This document shows positions 38,425 through 47,032 of a stretch of DNA of 64,000 nt, one piece after another. The notes below the pieces were generated by a model. That model saw only the letters and a program-made list of their open reading frames with translations. It did no database searches and was not told the origin of the DNA. The stretch lies in assembly GCA_027021365.1 (NCBI GenBank), contig JALUUM010000008.1, positions 2,804-66,803 on the forward strand, in the 5' to 3' direction. Each line of letters opens with the position of its first letter. Position 1 is the first letter of the stretch. Origin of the DNA: Spirochaetales bacterium (GTDB lineage: Bacteria > Spirochaetota > Spirochaetia > SZUA-6). The position numbers and the translations under genes were made by a program.

Positions 38425-40125
38425 TTACTTCAGTTCAATCACAGAAAAAGAAACTCTCCTGTTCTTTCGCATGTCATCTTTAGTTTTTTCAATAACAATA
38501 GGTTCATCCGAACCAACACCTCTGACAATTAATACATTATTGGGAATTCCCAATTCAACCAGTTTTTCCACCACTCTCTTAGCACGATCAATGCTCAAGG
38601 CCAGACTTTGTGCATCGGTGATCTGCCCCGTAGTATGGCCGGTTACCGTGAAGACAAGACTTCCTTTATACATGGCAATAAGCTTTTTTATTATATTTGC
38701 CGCTCTGACAATAGTCTCTTCTTCGCCTTGCATAGCATTTGCAGAACCAGGGGTGAAATATACATTCAATCGCTCGAGTTCCTTGACGGCAGAGTAATAC
38801 TCATTGCTTAACCCTGATATATTAAATTTAAATACCCCTGGTATGGCCCCACTTATTAACCTGCTTCTGTCAATCCATTCCTCCGTAACATTTCCCGTTG
38901 CATATAAGATTCCATCTTTAAAGGAAAGTTCTACGTCATCAGGGGGTTTAAGAATCATTTTAGCCCTTTTTAGTACAAGTTGCGGTTCTAGAGAAACGTA
39001 GGGTTTCATTTCAAAGCTAAATAATTCTAAAGGCAGTCCTGCTTTTATAATGATAGCCAATGGTTTTTCACTCAGCGGGTCTCTCAAACCATTAATATGT
39101 ATTTTCCCTTTCGACTTGTATGTTTCCGTTATAACTATCCCGGGTTGCATAGACAACAAGTCAAGAGCCTTTTTACCATTCATCCCTTCCAGAGCTGAAC
39201 GAGTGACAAAAAAACCTGCAATACCCAAAAAAAGTACAAGAATAGCAACCAGAGCTTTTGGAAACTTCTTTGCCGATCCCTTAAGTTCAACTTCCAAACA
39301 GTCTGTAAGAATGGACTCTGTTCCCTTAAACTTTCCGATCTCCCCATCAAAATTTTCCAGGTAATGGCCAAATTTTAAATGTATGGTTTCCAATACATCC
39401 TGCATTTTCCACCTAAGTTCAGGGGTTGGGGTTCCCTGAATAACCAGTGCCAGTACGGCAAAGGGACTCTGTTCAATCCATATAACAAAATCACCAACTT
39501 CAAAAGAATCAACGGTTTCTCTCTTACTCAGATTGAGGGAATCTTTTATAAAATCCTGGACTGCATTGAGCATGGCGGCAACCATGTCACCATCACTTAC
39601 TGCCGAGTTTTCAGTAACAACGCGGTTCAATAAAATTCCCGATTTCCGATGTATCAGGAATACTTCCTCGACCCTGAAAACAATCGATTCTTTCAAGGCT
39701 ATTTCTGCAAAACTTTTTCCGGTCTTTATCGATTCGATTCTCCACTTGATTGACTTGAAAGACAAGCTTTTTTCGAGGGAACGATTCATCGATTGTATCG
39801 TTTCCCTCATGAATTTGGCCAATGCTTTGCGTATTGCCGGTCCTATTACAGGAAACAGAGCTTCTGCGAGAACATTACTGTCCCTTTCAGTCGATTGCTT
39901 AACAGCTTTCTCTGTAGGTTCCACAAGGGCTTTTGAAAGCTGAGTACCTTCTTTGTCTTTCAGGATGATTGCTTCCGGAAGAACGTCTTTCACTGTTTCC
40001 GGTGTAATCGAGCCTCTGTCAAGGATCTTCAAAAGATCCCCTAACTGCTTCTGTTCTTCTTCCCGAAGGAGAGAACCTGCGTCTTTTAAATTATTCTTAC
40101 TACCTGTTCTGTTCGACTTTCTCAT
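38425..40125 (-). CDS. Inner-membrane protein: cytoplasmic longin/roadblock-like domain, TM, periplasmic BON-like and OmpA peptidoglycan-binding domains
   Basis: VEEVFLIHRKSGILL..MVAAMLNAVQDFIKDS; TM ALVAILVLFLGIAGFFV; OmpA YFTPGS, GHT, LSIDRA, NRRV. Start likely MRKSN at 40125. Confidence 0.8.
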   Translation of the reverse strand: MRKSNRTGSKNNLKDAGSLLREEEQKQLGDLLKILDRGSITPETVKDVLPEAIILKDKEGTQLSKALVEPTEKAVKQSTERDSNVLAEALFPVIGPAIRKALAKFMRETIQSMNRSLEKSLSFKSIKWRIESIKTGKSFAEIALKESIVFRVEEVFLIHRKSGILLNRVVTENSAVSDGDMVAAMLNAVQDFIKDSLNLSKRETVDSFEVGDFVIWIEQSPFAVLALVIQGTPTPELRWKMQDVLETIHLKFGHYLENFDGEIGKFKGTESILTDCLEVELKGSAKKFPKALVAILVLFLGIAGFFVTRSALEGMNGKKALDLLSMQPGIVITETYKSKGKIHINGLRDPLSEKPLAIIIKAGLPLELFSFEMKPYVSLEPQLVLKRAKMILKPPDDVELSFKDGILYATGNVTEEWIDRSRLISGAIPGVFKFNISGLSNEYYSAVKELERLNVYFTPGSANAMQGEEETIVRAANIIKKLIAMYKGSLVFTVTGHTTGQITDAQSLALSIDRAKRVVEKLVELGIPNNVLIVRGVGSDEPIVIEKTKDDMRKNRRVSFSVIELK

Positions 40126-40185
40126 AGAAATAGGATTATAAAAGAAAATCGTAAAAGAATCTAACCGTTTTTTCGGTTGCATCAG

Positions 40186-40334
40186 ATGAGGACAGTAAGA
40201 CCCTGTAGGTCTACCTCCCGATGGTGAGTGATAAAATATCCGAAGGAGGTTGTATCTGTCGGGAGGGCAGGAATGAATACTTCCTATAGGGTTCCGGGAA
40301 TCAATAATAGATCATATTACTATAGCCAAAGTCC
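40186..40334 (+). ncRNA. Candidate structured non-coding RNA
   Basis: Nested stems GGAC/GTCC, ACCCTGTAGG/CCTATAGGGT and CCTCCCGATGG/CTGTCGGGAGG; G.U pairs favour the plus strand; GC-rich patch in an AT-rich intergenic region. Confidence 0.45.
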
Positions 40335-40555
40335 TAATTAATGGTTAAGAGTGAGGTATTGTAAGCTAAAAGGGTTGATATTCAAAGCTACAAGGTATTA
40401 TAATAGCAGCTAATATCATTTTAGTTTGGGTTATATGATACCGTTAGAGTTTTAAAACGCAAAATTATCTCACCTTGTTTGTCATATAAGCTCATTTCCT
40501 AACGGAATTTTTAACACCAGGCTGACTAATAATATTTAGAAAGGAGGTTATAAAA

Positions 40556-40714
40556 TTGAGTAAGAAAACAGCAAAAAAGAATGTAATAATCTTTGCTATT
40601 CTATTTTTTATTATTGGATTTTTTGTAGGTCAATTTTTGCATATGCCAGCTTTTGATAGATATAATTTGTTAGATGCAATGCGCAGACCAAGATCACATC
40701 ATATTAGGAGATAG
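40556..40714 (+). CDS. Small single-TM protein (52 aa), not in the ORF track
   Basis: AAGGAGG RBS, TTG start, MSKKTAKKNVIIFAILFFIIGFFVGQFLHMPAFDRYNLLDAMRRPRSHHIRR*; next ATG 2 nt later. Confidence 0.7.
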   Translation: MSKKTAKKNVIIFAILFFIIGFFVGQFLHMPAFDRYNLLDAMRRPRSHHIRR

Positions 40715-40716
40715 CT

Positions 40717-41172
40717 ATGTATCGTCTTATTCTTTTATTTCTTGCAGGCATTCTTTTATTTGGATGTACCAACAACTATATCAGTAAAACAAAGAACTAC
40801 CTTATTGTGGACCAACCCTCCAATAAAGTAATAAGCGAATATGAGTATAACGAATCAGATAATACATTAAGAAGAACAATAAGCTATGGCAAAGATGGAA
40901 AAGTTAAAAAGATAATCAATTATGAATATGATAGAAGGGGTTATCTAATCAAAACGGTAGAGTCTGTTCCTCTCCAGGAGTCAAAAGAAATTACCTATTA
41001 TACTGAAGAGCATAAGGATAAAAGTGGGAGACTTGTAAAAACAATTCAAATTTCATCAGAAGGAAAAAAAATTGAAACCTATTACGGATACGATGAAGAG
41101 GGTAATTTAAGAGGAGTTGTGGAACAGGTAAATAACAAATCTGTGATTATGAAAGATTATCCGCATGAATAA
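40717..41172 (+). CDS. Lipoprotein with YD/RHS-like repeats
   Basis: Lipobox LLFG-C; YEYDRRGYL, YGYDEEGNL. Confidence 0.7.
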   Translation: MYRLILLFLAGILLFGCTNNYISKTKNYLIVDQPSNKVISEYEYNESDNTLRRTISYGKDGKVKKIINYEYDRRGYLIKTVESVPLQESKEITYYTEEHKDKSGRLVKTIQISSEGKKIETYYGYDEEGNLRGVVEQVNNKSVIMKDYPHE

Positions 41173-42601
41173 AAAATATTTATTTCCAGCAATATTTCTT
41201 TTTGTCTTAGGGGTTACTCAGGGTTTATATGCCGATTCTCGTATTCCCTATTCTGAAGTAATACTGAATAAAAATGTAATAGACTTGCGTGCAAACATGC
41301 AGTTGAAGTCGTCGATTAATAACCGACCGGTAAGGTATTCAACCCCGGAAGATCTTAGAATAGGGTCGATCTTTTTAACTGCGGACAATGAGGCGAGAAA
41401 AGTTGTAAATATCTATGAAAGAAATGGTAAAACAGTCATAGAAACAGTTAAACCAAGACCAGAAGAGGTTTTTATAGATGCTTATGTCCCGGATTTTAAC
41501 GTTAAGCTCGACCGATCCGATATTGATTTGTCCTCTCTCGGGAAGGGAGTTACATTACTACCACCTGGAACCCCAGAAAAGGATATGCTTTTTTCAGGTT
41601 TTAATCAAACATCTACAACATTTAAAACCGAAAGTGTAAACTGGCTGGAAACAGACCCTGATAATGCGGGGCTCGATATAATAGCGCTTAATATAGATAC
41701 GCCTCTATTTAAGAGCTCTCTCTCCACAGATGATATGGAATTATTAGAGAAGATAAAAACCTCAGGGAAAAAGGCAAAGAAAAAAAAGGGAAAAACTACA
41801 GAAACAAGTGTAGGTGGCACACCCGAAGTTTCTTTCGGTACTTCCGGGGAGATTCATCTCCTTGGCACGTTACGTTTAAGAAAACCAACAATATCGGGCG
41901 GACTTAAAATGCCGAGTATCACTGTTACATGGGTTCATGACTGGTGGATAGTCTATCACCCTGAATTCCGTCATAACAAAGGCTATCTAAAAGCAAATTT
42001 CACGGCTGCTCAGCAATTTGATTTTCGGTTAACAGGAACTGTTAAACTGGAATCCGAAATAATAATTCCAATCTTTGAAATAATTGTAGAGGATCCTGAT
42101 ACTACTCTTTTCATGAAAGTGGGTTTTTACGCTAAAATAGGTCTTACGGGAACTATTTCGATTATAATCGAAGCATCTGAGTACACAAAACTTTCAGCCG
42201 GTGTAACATGCGACCTTGCATGGCCCTTTATTCCTTATAAGTATAGCGGGCATCAGAACAACTATGGAAACTTTGCTTTTCGACCAATTCTTGCAGCACA
42301 GGCAAGGCTCCAGGCCGGTCTTTATTTGGGTGGTAGTTTTGGTATGGCTTCTATTGACTTTGCAGGGGTGGAAGCCGGAGGAGGAGGTTATATACAGGCT
42401 GAGGGCTACATGGAACCTATGGGTATTATGGGCTACGATACAGAGCTTGGTGGCTACGGCAATTTTGACAATTGGATACTCGATCTCACTGCAGAGGCAG
42501 GTGCATATGTGGAGGTAGGAGCAAGTATTCTTACCATAGGAATACCAATATATTCACATGACTGGCCCTTCTGGGAATGGAACCAGAGCTGGGAGTTATA
42601 G
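41165..42601 (+). CDS. Exported beta-rich hypothetical protein
   Basis: Signal peptide (GLYA|D); Gly-rich beta-strand C-terminal half; Trp-rich tail. Confidence 0.65.
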   Translation: MNKKYLFPAIFLFVLGVTQGLYADSRIPYSEVILNKNVIDLRANMQLKSSINNRPVRYSTPEDLRIGSIFLTADNEARKVVNIYERNGKTVIETVKPRPEEVFIDAYVPDFNVKLDRSDIDLSSLGKGVTLLPPGTPEKDMLFSGFNQTSTTFKTESVNWLETDPDNAGLDIIALNIDTPLFKSSLSTDDMELLEKIKTSGKKAKKKKGKTTETSVGGTPEVSFGTSGEIHLLGTLRLRKPTISGGLKMPSITVTWVHDWWIVYHPEFRHNKGYLKANFTAAQQFDFRLTGTVKLESEIIIPIFEIIVEDPDTTLFMKVGFYAKIGLTGTISIIIEASEYTKLSAGVTCDLAWPFIPYKYSGHQNNYGNFAFRPILAAQARLQAGLYLGGSFGMASIDFAGVEAGGGGYIQAEGYMEPMGIMGYDTELGGYGNFDNWILDLTAEAGAYVEVGASILTIGIPIYSHDWPFWEWNQSWEL

Positions 42602-42604
42602 CAA

Positions 42605-43888
42605 ATGAAATTGATTAAATGTTTATTAATAAGCATTACTGCTTTTCCATTTCTGCTATTAGCAAACTGCAATCTTTTGAACTTATCCGGCAACAATATG
42701 GAAACAGAAAAAATCAATTACTATTCAAAAGAAGTTGAAGTAAGCAGATATGTAGATCCGGGTGAATCTGACCTGGAACCTGTAGAGAGCTATATCTACG
42801 ATGATACCGGTAAACTGAGTGCTGTATTTATTAACCTCTATGAGGATGTTAATGGAGATGGATATTACTTAAACACCAGAACCAATATCTATCAGGTAGA
42901 TGAAAACGGCAATAAAACTCTTATTCAATACTATAAATATACATATAGGAAGGATATCTATGAATATTTAGACGATGAAGGTATTACACAATCCGATTTT
43001 GTTTATGAGCTTCTTACAGGAGAAGTCTGGAGTACCAATAATACTCCGGATGATGAAACGGATGATATAAAAGAACACTATTATATTGTTACATATACGA
43101 CGAATGATGACACGATCTATGAAGATTATCTATCAATAATAGATTATGATAAAGATAATAATATTACCAATCGGCAAGATGATACTTATCAAGTAGATGG
43201 GGATGGCAATCGAAGATATAGAACGGAAAAATTCTATAGCTTAAGTGATCCGGCTGATCCTAATACGCTTTCCCTCTCATCTGAATATGCCGCATGGTTA
43301 GATACTTCTGCTCCCTATGACATACTCTATGAACTCTACCATTCTGTGCGAAGCAGTAATGGCACTGACGAATTTTATTTCTATACGAAATATGAAAGAA
43401 ACGACTCAGGAGATATTTACCAGCAAACAGATTATGTATACGACGATCCCTCTATGCCAAAATTGAATAATGGTGATTACCAAGACGGATCATTGGATGA
43501 CAGTGGACCTTATACCATCAGTTTTGACGCTATCGGTAAAATGGCCACAGTATTACAATCGGAATATGACAGTAAAGGAAATGTAATAAAAGATGAGCGA
43601 TTCTTAGATGGACAGCTAAAAGAATACACAATTTATAGGTACAATGAATCTTCCGAATTAATAGATAAAATTAGATATACAAATGGTGGGAGCTTTATCC
43701 ACGACCGTACTTCCATAAGGTATCATGATGAAATCCGTGACGGAGTTTATAATCGTATAAAAGAAACATTCATTTATAAGTACTATGATTATGAAAGTAC
43801 CGGAGAAGGTCAAAAGGTTATTAGGGAACTTAATAATAACGATTCAAACTGCCGCTTAAAAAAACCAGAAAATAACCATATTCATTAA
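42605..43888 (+). CDS. Acidic Tyr-rich lipoprotein with YD-like repeats and Dx[DN]xDG Ca-binding-like loops
   Basis: Lipobox-like LLAN-C; DVNGDGY, DGDGNR, YDDTGK, YDSKGN. Confidence 0.65.
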   Translation: MKLIKCLLISITAFPFLLLANCNLLNLSGNNMETEKINYYSKEVEVSRYVDPGESDLEPVESYIYDDTGKLSAVFINLYEDVNGDGYYLNTRTNIYQVDENGNKTLIQYYKYTYRKDIYEYLDDEGITQSDFVYELLTGEVWSTNNTPDDETDDIKEHYYIVTYTTNDDTIYEDYLSIIDYDKDNNITNRQDDTYQVDGDGNRRYRTEKFYSLSDPADPNTLSLSSEYAAWLDTSAPYDILYELYHSVRSSNGTDEFYFYTKYERNDSGDIYQQTDYVYDDPSMPKLNNGDYQDGSLDDSGPYTISFDAIGKMATVLQSEYDSKGNVIKDERFLDGQLKEYTIYRYNESSELIDKIRYTNGGSFIHDRTSIRYHDEIRDGVYNRIKETFIYKYYDYESTGEGQKVIRELNNNDSNCRLKKPENNHIH

Positions 43889-43900
43889 GGTTGACAGCAT

Positions 43901-45595
43901 ATGAAAGGGGAAAAAAGTATGAAGAGGGTAATTATAACTTTAAGCATTTTATTTTTTTTAAGTATATCTGTTTATTCAAAAGGAAATACAGAATCCGGAA
44001 GAAATTTTCTATTTAAGGATATAAAGAATGCTTATCTATACCCGGAAATTTCCTATTCAAATAATCCGGTAGTTTTGAATAGATTAAACAAAGCTTTAAT
44101 TTACAATAATACAAATTTTGCTTTAAATATAGATACAGTTCAGAACACACGTACAGATGATTCCATTGGTTCCAAAGGGGGAACGGGTACTGTTACTGGT
44201 ATAGATTTAAAACCCGTGGCCGATCTCATCTCTTTTTTCCCATTCAAAAAATCTGTTGTTGGTTTTGGTGCCAACTATAGTATGGATTATAGCAGAAATG
44301 ACATTTTGTTCAGCAATTATAATGCACCAACGGAAAATAAAACGGAAATTACTGAAAACGATAAAATCGAAACAGGGGGTGATTTATACCTTGCTCTTAA
44401 AAACACGGGCAGTTTTAACCTTGGCTTTTCTGCCGGTTATAGCTTCATGGAGATTCCAAAAAGCTTTAGCTGGATAACAGATAGTTCGGTGAATCCTGCA
44501 CTTCATTATGTGGATCCTGCGGCTTATCCCAATCCTATTGATAGCATTACTCATACGGCAAAAGCTTCCATAGGAATCGAATTCCCTCTTTTGGAAACAG
44601 ACATTCTATTAAGTGTAAACTATGTTGGAGATTTCACCAAACGTTCGGATGATTTTATTGCAGTTGATACAGATGGAGACGGATATAAAGAGACATTGAT
44701 GTCTTATAAGGATTATATGTCGCGAACGGGAGAGGGAGGGCCTCCTGAAACTGCAACTAGCTATAATCATGAAGATAATACGATCTCAACAAGGATAGAT
44801 ATTTATCCTGTAATAAAAAAAGAACTTGGTGAAAATGTAACTTTCATTCTTAGTGGGAAATACAGAGCAGTAGATTACAGAGTAAACAACTATAAAAAAC
44901 AGATTACAACAGCATCAATTTTAAAAGATGAAAGCTGGACAAAGAAAATATATGATTCCGGCCTGACAACTTTCGATGCTTTAGCAGCTCTTTCTTTTAA
45001 AAACCCGAAAAACAAAAATGAATTTAGGTTTGGAATAGGCTATTCAAGAGTGAATGAAATCTATTCTCAGGACGGTGACTCTGCAGAAGGAAACAGCCTG
45101 TATAGCAGCTTAAATACCAATAATTATACAGAGCTTAGTCTTGGAGACAATCCTGAAAATGACAGCATTGTTAATAATGATGTTTATCCTTCAAATACCT
45201 TAACTCAGAAACTGCTCCTGATAGCCGGATATCAATGGTCTCTGCTAAAGCAGGTTTCTTTATATATAAATATGGATATTACAGGTTCGATTGTGACAAA
45301 AACATACGATGCCTTTAACCTGGATACACGTACCGTATGGGAAGAAAGCCATACATCTTCTACTTTAATATGGGATATGGATCCTCTTATCGGGATTGCT
45401 TTTCCTATTGGTAAGAAGGTTATGTGCATTATAAATATGCACAGGCTTAATACAAAAGGTGATATTTCAATAAGCGATGAAACTGCACCATACGATATCA
45501 TCTTGGGAAGGGCTTCCAGTAACAGTAATAGCGATCTGTTTTCCGACAGCGGATATAGTTTTGAAATTAATCTAGGATTTATTATCACATGGTGA
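43901..45595 (+). CDS. Probable outer-membrane beta-barrel protein
   Basis: Signal peptide, amphipathic strands, terminal beta-signal-like FEINLGFIITW. Confidence 0.6.
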   Translation: MKGEKSMKRVIITLSILFFLSISVYSKGNTESGRNFLFKDIKNAYLYPEISYSNNPVVLNRLNKALIYNNTNFALNIDTVQNTRTDDSIGSKGGTGTVTGIDLKPVADLISFFPFKKSVVGFGANYSMDYSRNDILFSNYNAPTENKTEITENDKIETGGDLYLALKNTGSFNLGFSAGYSFMEIPKSFSWITDSSVNPALHYVDPAAYPNPIDSITHTAKASIGIEFPLLETDILLSVNYVGDFTKRSDDFIAVDTDGDGYKETLMSYKDYMSRTGEGGPPETATSYNHEDNTISTRIDIYPVIKKELGENVTFILSGKYRAVDYRVNNYKKQITTASILKDESWTKKIYDSGLTTFDALAALSFKNPKNKNEFRFGIGYSRVNEIYSQDGDSAEGNSLYSSLNTNNYTELSLGDNPENDSIVNNDVYPSNTLTQKLLLIAGYQWSLLKQVSLYINMDITGSIVTKTYDAFNLDTRTVWEESHTSSTLIWDMDPLIGIAFPIGKKVMCIINMHRLNTKGDISISDETAPYDIILGRASSNSNSDLFSDSGYSFEINLGFIITW

Positions 45596-46347
45596 AAATA
45601 GTAAAAGAGAAAAAAACCGCATTACAAATTCTTATAATGATTACAGCAATTATCTATTCTATTTGGGTACTTCTCTATCTAGCAAGTTTCTTTTTATATT
45701 CTGATTTTTTTAACAAATTGCATGCTAGTCTTTATGTTTCAATCGGATTTACTGTAATTGGTGTAGTATCTGTGTCAATTACAGCAACCATGATAGTTAA
45801 GCTCAAGCGAGATCCCTTTGCAATTTTTTCTGTTTTTATAATAGGTGGAAGACTTATCAATTTTATTGCAGCTTACCTTTTCTCTAAATTAACAAAGAAT
45901 TCATTTTTTATGCTTCCCTTCGGCAACCCTGATTTTTTTATCTTCTATTTTCTTTTAATAGGTTCTTATACCTTTATACGTAAGTCTGTTCTCCCAGAAA
46001 AAAAGTATGGTTTTCAAGCTCTATCCCTCTTTTCCTTGTTGTTTCTCGCATCCCCTATATTTTTCCATGTAATAGGAAAAGAAATAACTGTTATTTCAGT
46101 TTATTCCATTTTTTATACTCTCATTCCTATAGCGGCTATACTGGTAGCACCTTATAATACAAATCTTAGGAGCTTAAGGTTAATAATAATTTCTGTAATT
46201 ACTGCTGCATTCTTTGATATGCTTATTTATCTTAAGTTTACAGAATGGGATATTCCTCCTGATCTAAATTACCTTCTGCTTCCCTATTCCTTGCTAATTC
46301 TGACTGCCAGTGTAATACGTAGAGAAGAGGAGATTGCTAATGGTTGA
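45589..46347 (+). CDS. Polytopic membrane protein
   Basis: About 7-8 hydrophobic segments; overlaps both neighbours. Confidence 0.65.
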   Translation: MVKIVKEKKTALQILIMITAIIYSIWVLLYLASFFLYSDFFNKLHASLYVSIGFTVIGVVSVSITATMIVKLKRDPFAIFSVFIIGGRLINFIAAYLFSKLTKNSFFMLPFGNPDFFIFYFLLIGSYTFIRKSVLPEKKYGFQALSLFSLLFLASPIFFHVIGKEITVISVYSIFYTLIPIAAILVAPYNTNLRSLRLIIISVITAAFFDMLIYLKFTEWDIPPDLNYLLLPYSLLILTASVIRREEEIANG

Positions 46348-47032
46348 GGCCGTGTATTTTGGAACATTAATCCCCCTTCTTTTTCTCGTTGTAGTGATAC
46401 ACGGGGAATATCGTAAGCTGATACTGTTCTTTGTATGGGGTTTAACTTCTGCAATTATTATTTATCTAATCAATACTCTGATAGACATATACATTGTACC
46501 GGATGAAACACTTCTTTTAACACAGATAATACCACTAATGGAAGAATTTTTAAAAATATTCCCGATCTTTTTCTTGATAAGGAAGAAAGGAAAGGTATAT
46601 CGGTACAATATCATACGTTTTGCAATGGCATCGGGAATAGGCTTTTCTATATTGGAAAACTATCTTTATCTTTCTATCTCTGCTTTTCCAGGAGTGAGAG
46701 GAAGCATTGTTTTTATAATCACCAGAAGTTTAACAGCCAGTCTACTTCATGGTTCAACTACAGCTTTAATCGGTTATGCAGTTCAGATAATGCATAATTA
46801 CAATTTCTTCTCATTTTTTCTTTTACTAGGTATATATCTTTTGGCAGTCTCAATACATTCAACCTATAATCTATTAGGATTAACAAAAGGATTGCAAGTT
46901 GCGGCAATTCTAATTCCAATTGTCCTTTTTATGTTAGAATATTATCTGTTCAATTTTTTTGGTCGGAAAGGTGTTCGACAAAACAGTTTGAGTATTCCTG
47001 TAAAGTCGGAAATTAAAGGCGGTATTAAATGA
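46340..47032 (+). CDS. PrsW family intramembrane metalloprotease
   Basis: PLMEEFLK, GIGFSILEN, RSLTASLLHG, IHSTYN. Confidence 0.85.
   Translation: MVEAVYFGTLIPLLFLVVVIHGEYRKLILFFVWGLTSAIIIYLINTLIDIYIVPDETLLLTQIIPLMEEFLKIFPIFFLIRKKGKVYRYNIIRFAMASGIGFSILENYLYLSISAFPGVRGSIVFIITRSLTASLLHGSTTALIGYAVQIMHNYNFFSFFLLLGIYLLAVSIHSTYNLLGLTKGLQVAAILIPIVLFMLEYYLFNFFGRKGVRQNSLSIPVKSEIKGGIK

Noticed and set aside
40186-40334. Glycine, ykkC/guanidine, T-box, 6S or hammerhead RNA
   Set aside because: Only short fragments match (CCGAAGGAG, TAGGGTTCCG, AGTA); other required consensus elements are absent.
40717-43888. RHS polymorphic toxin system
   Set aside because: Only a few YD-like repeats; no RHS core or DPxG motif and no toxin-immunity pair.
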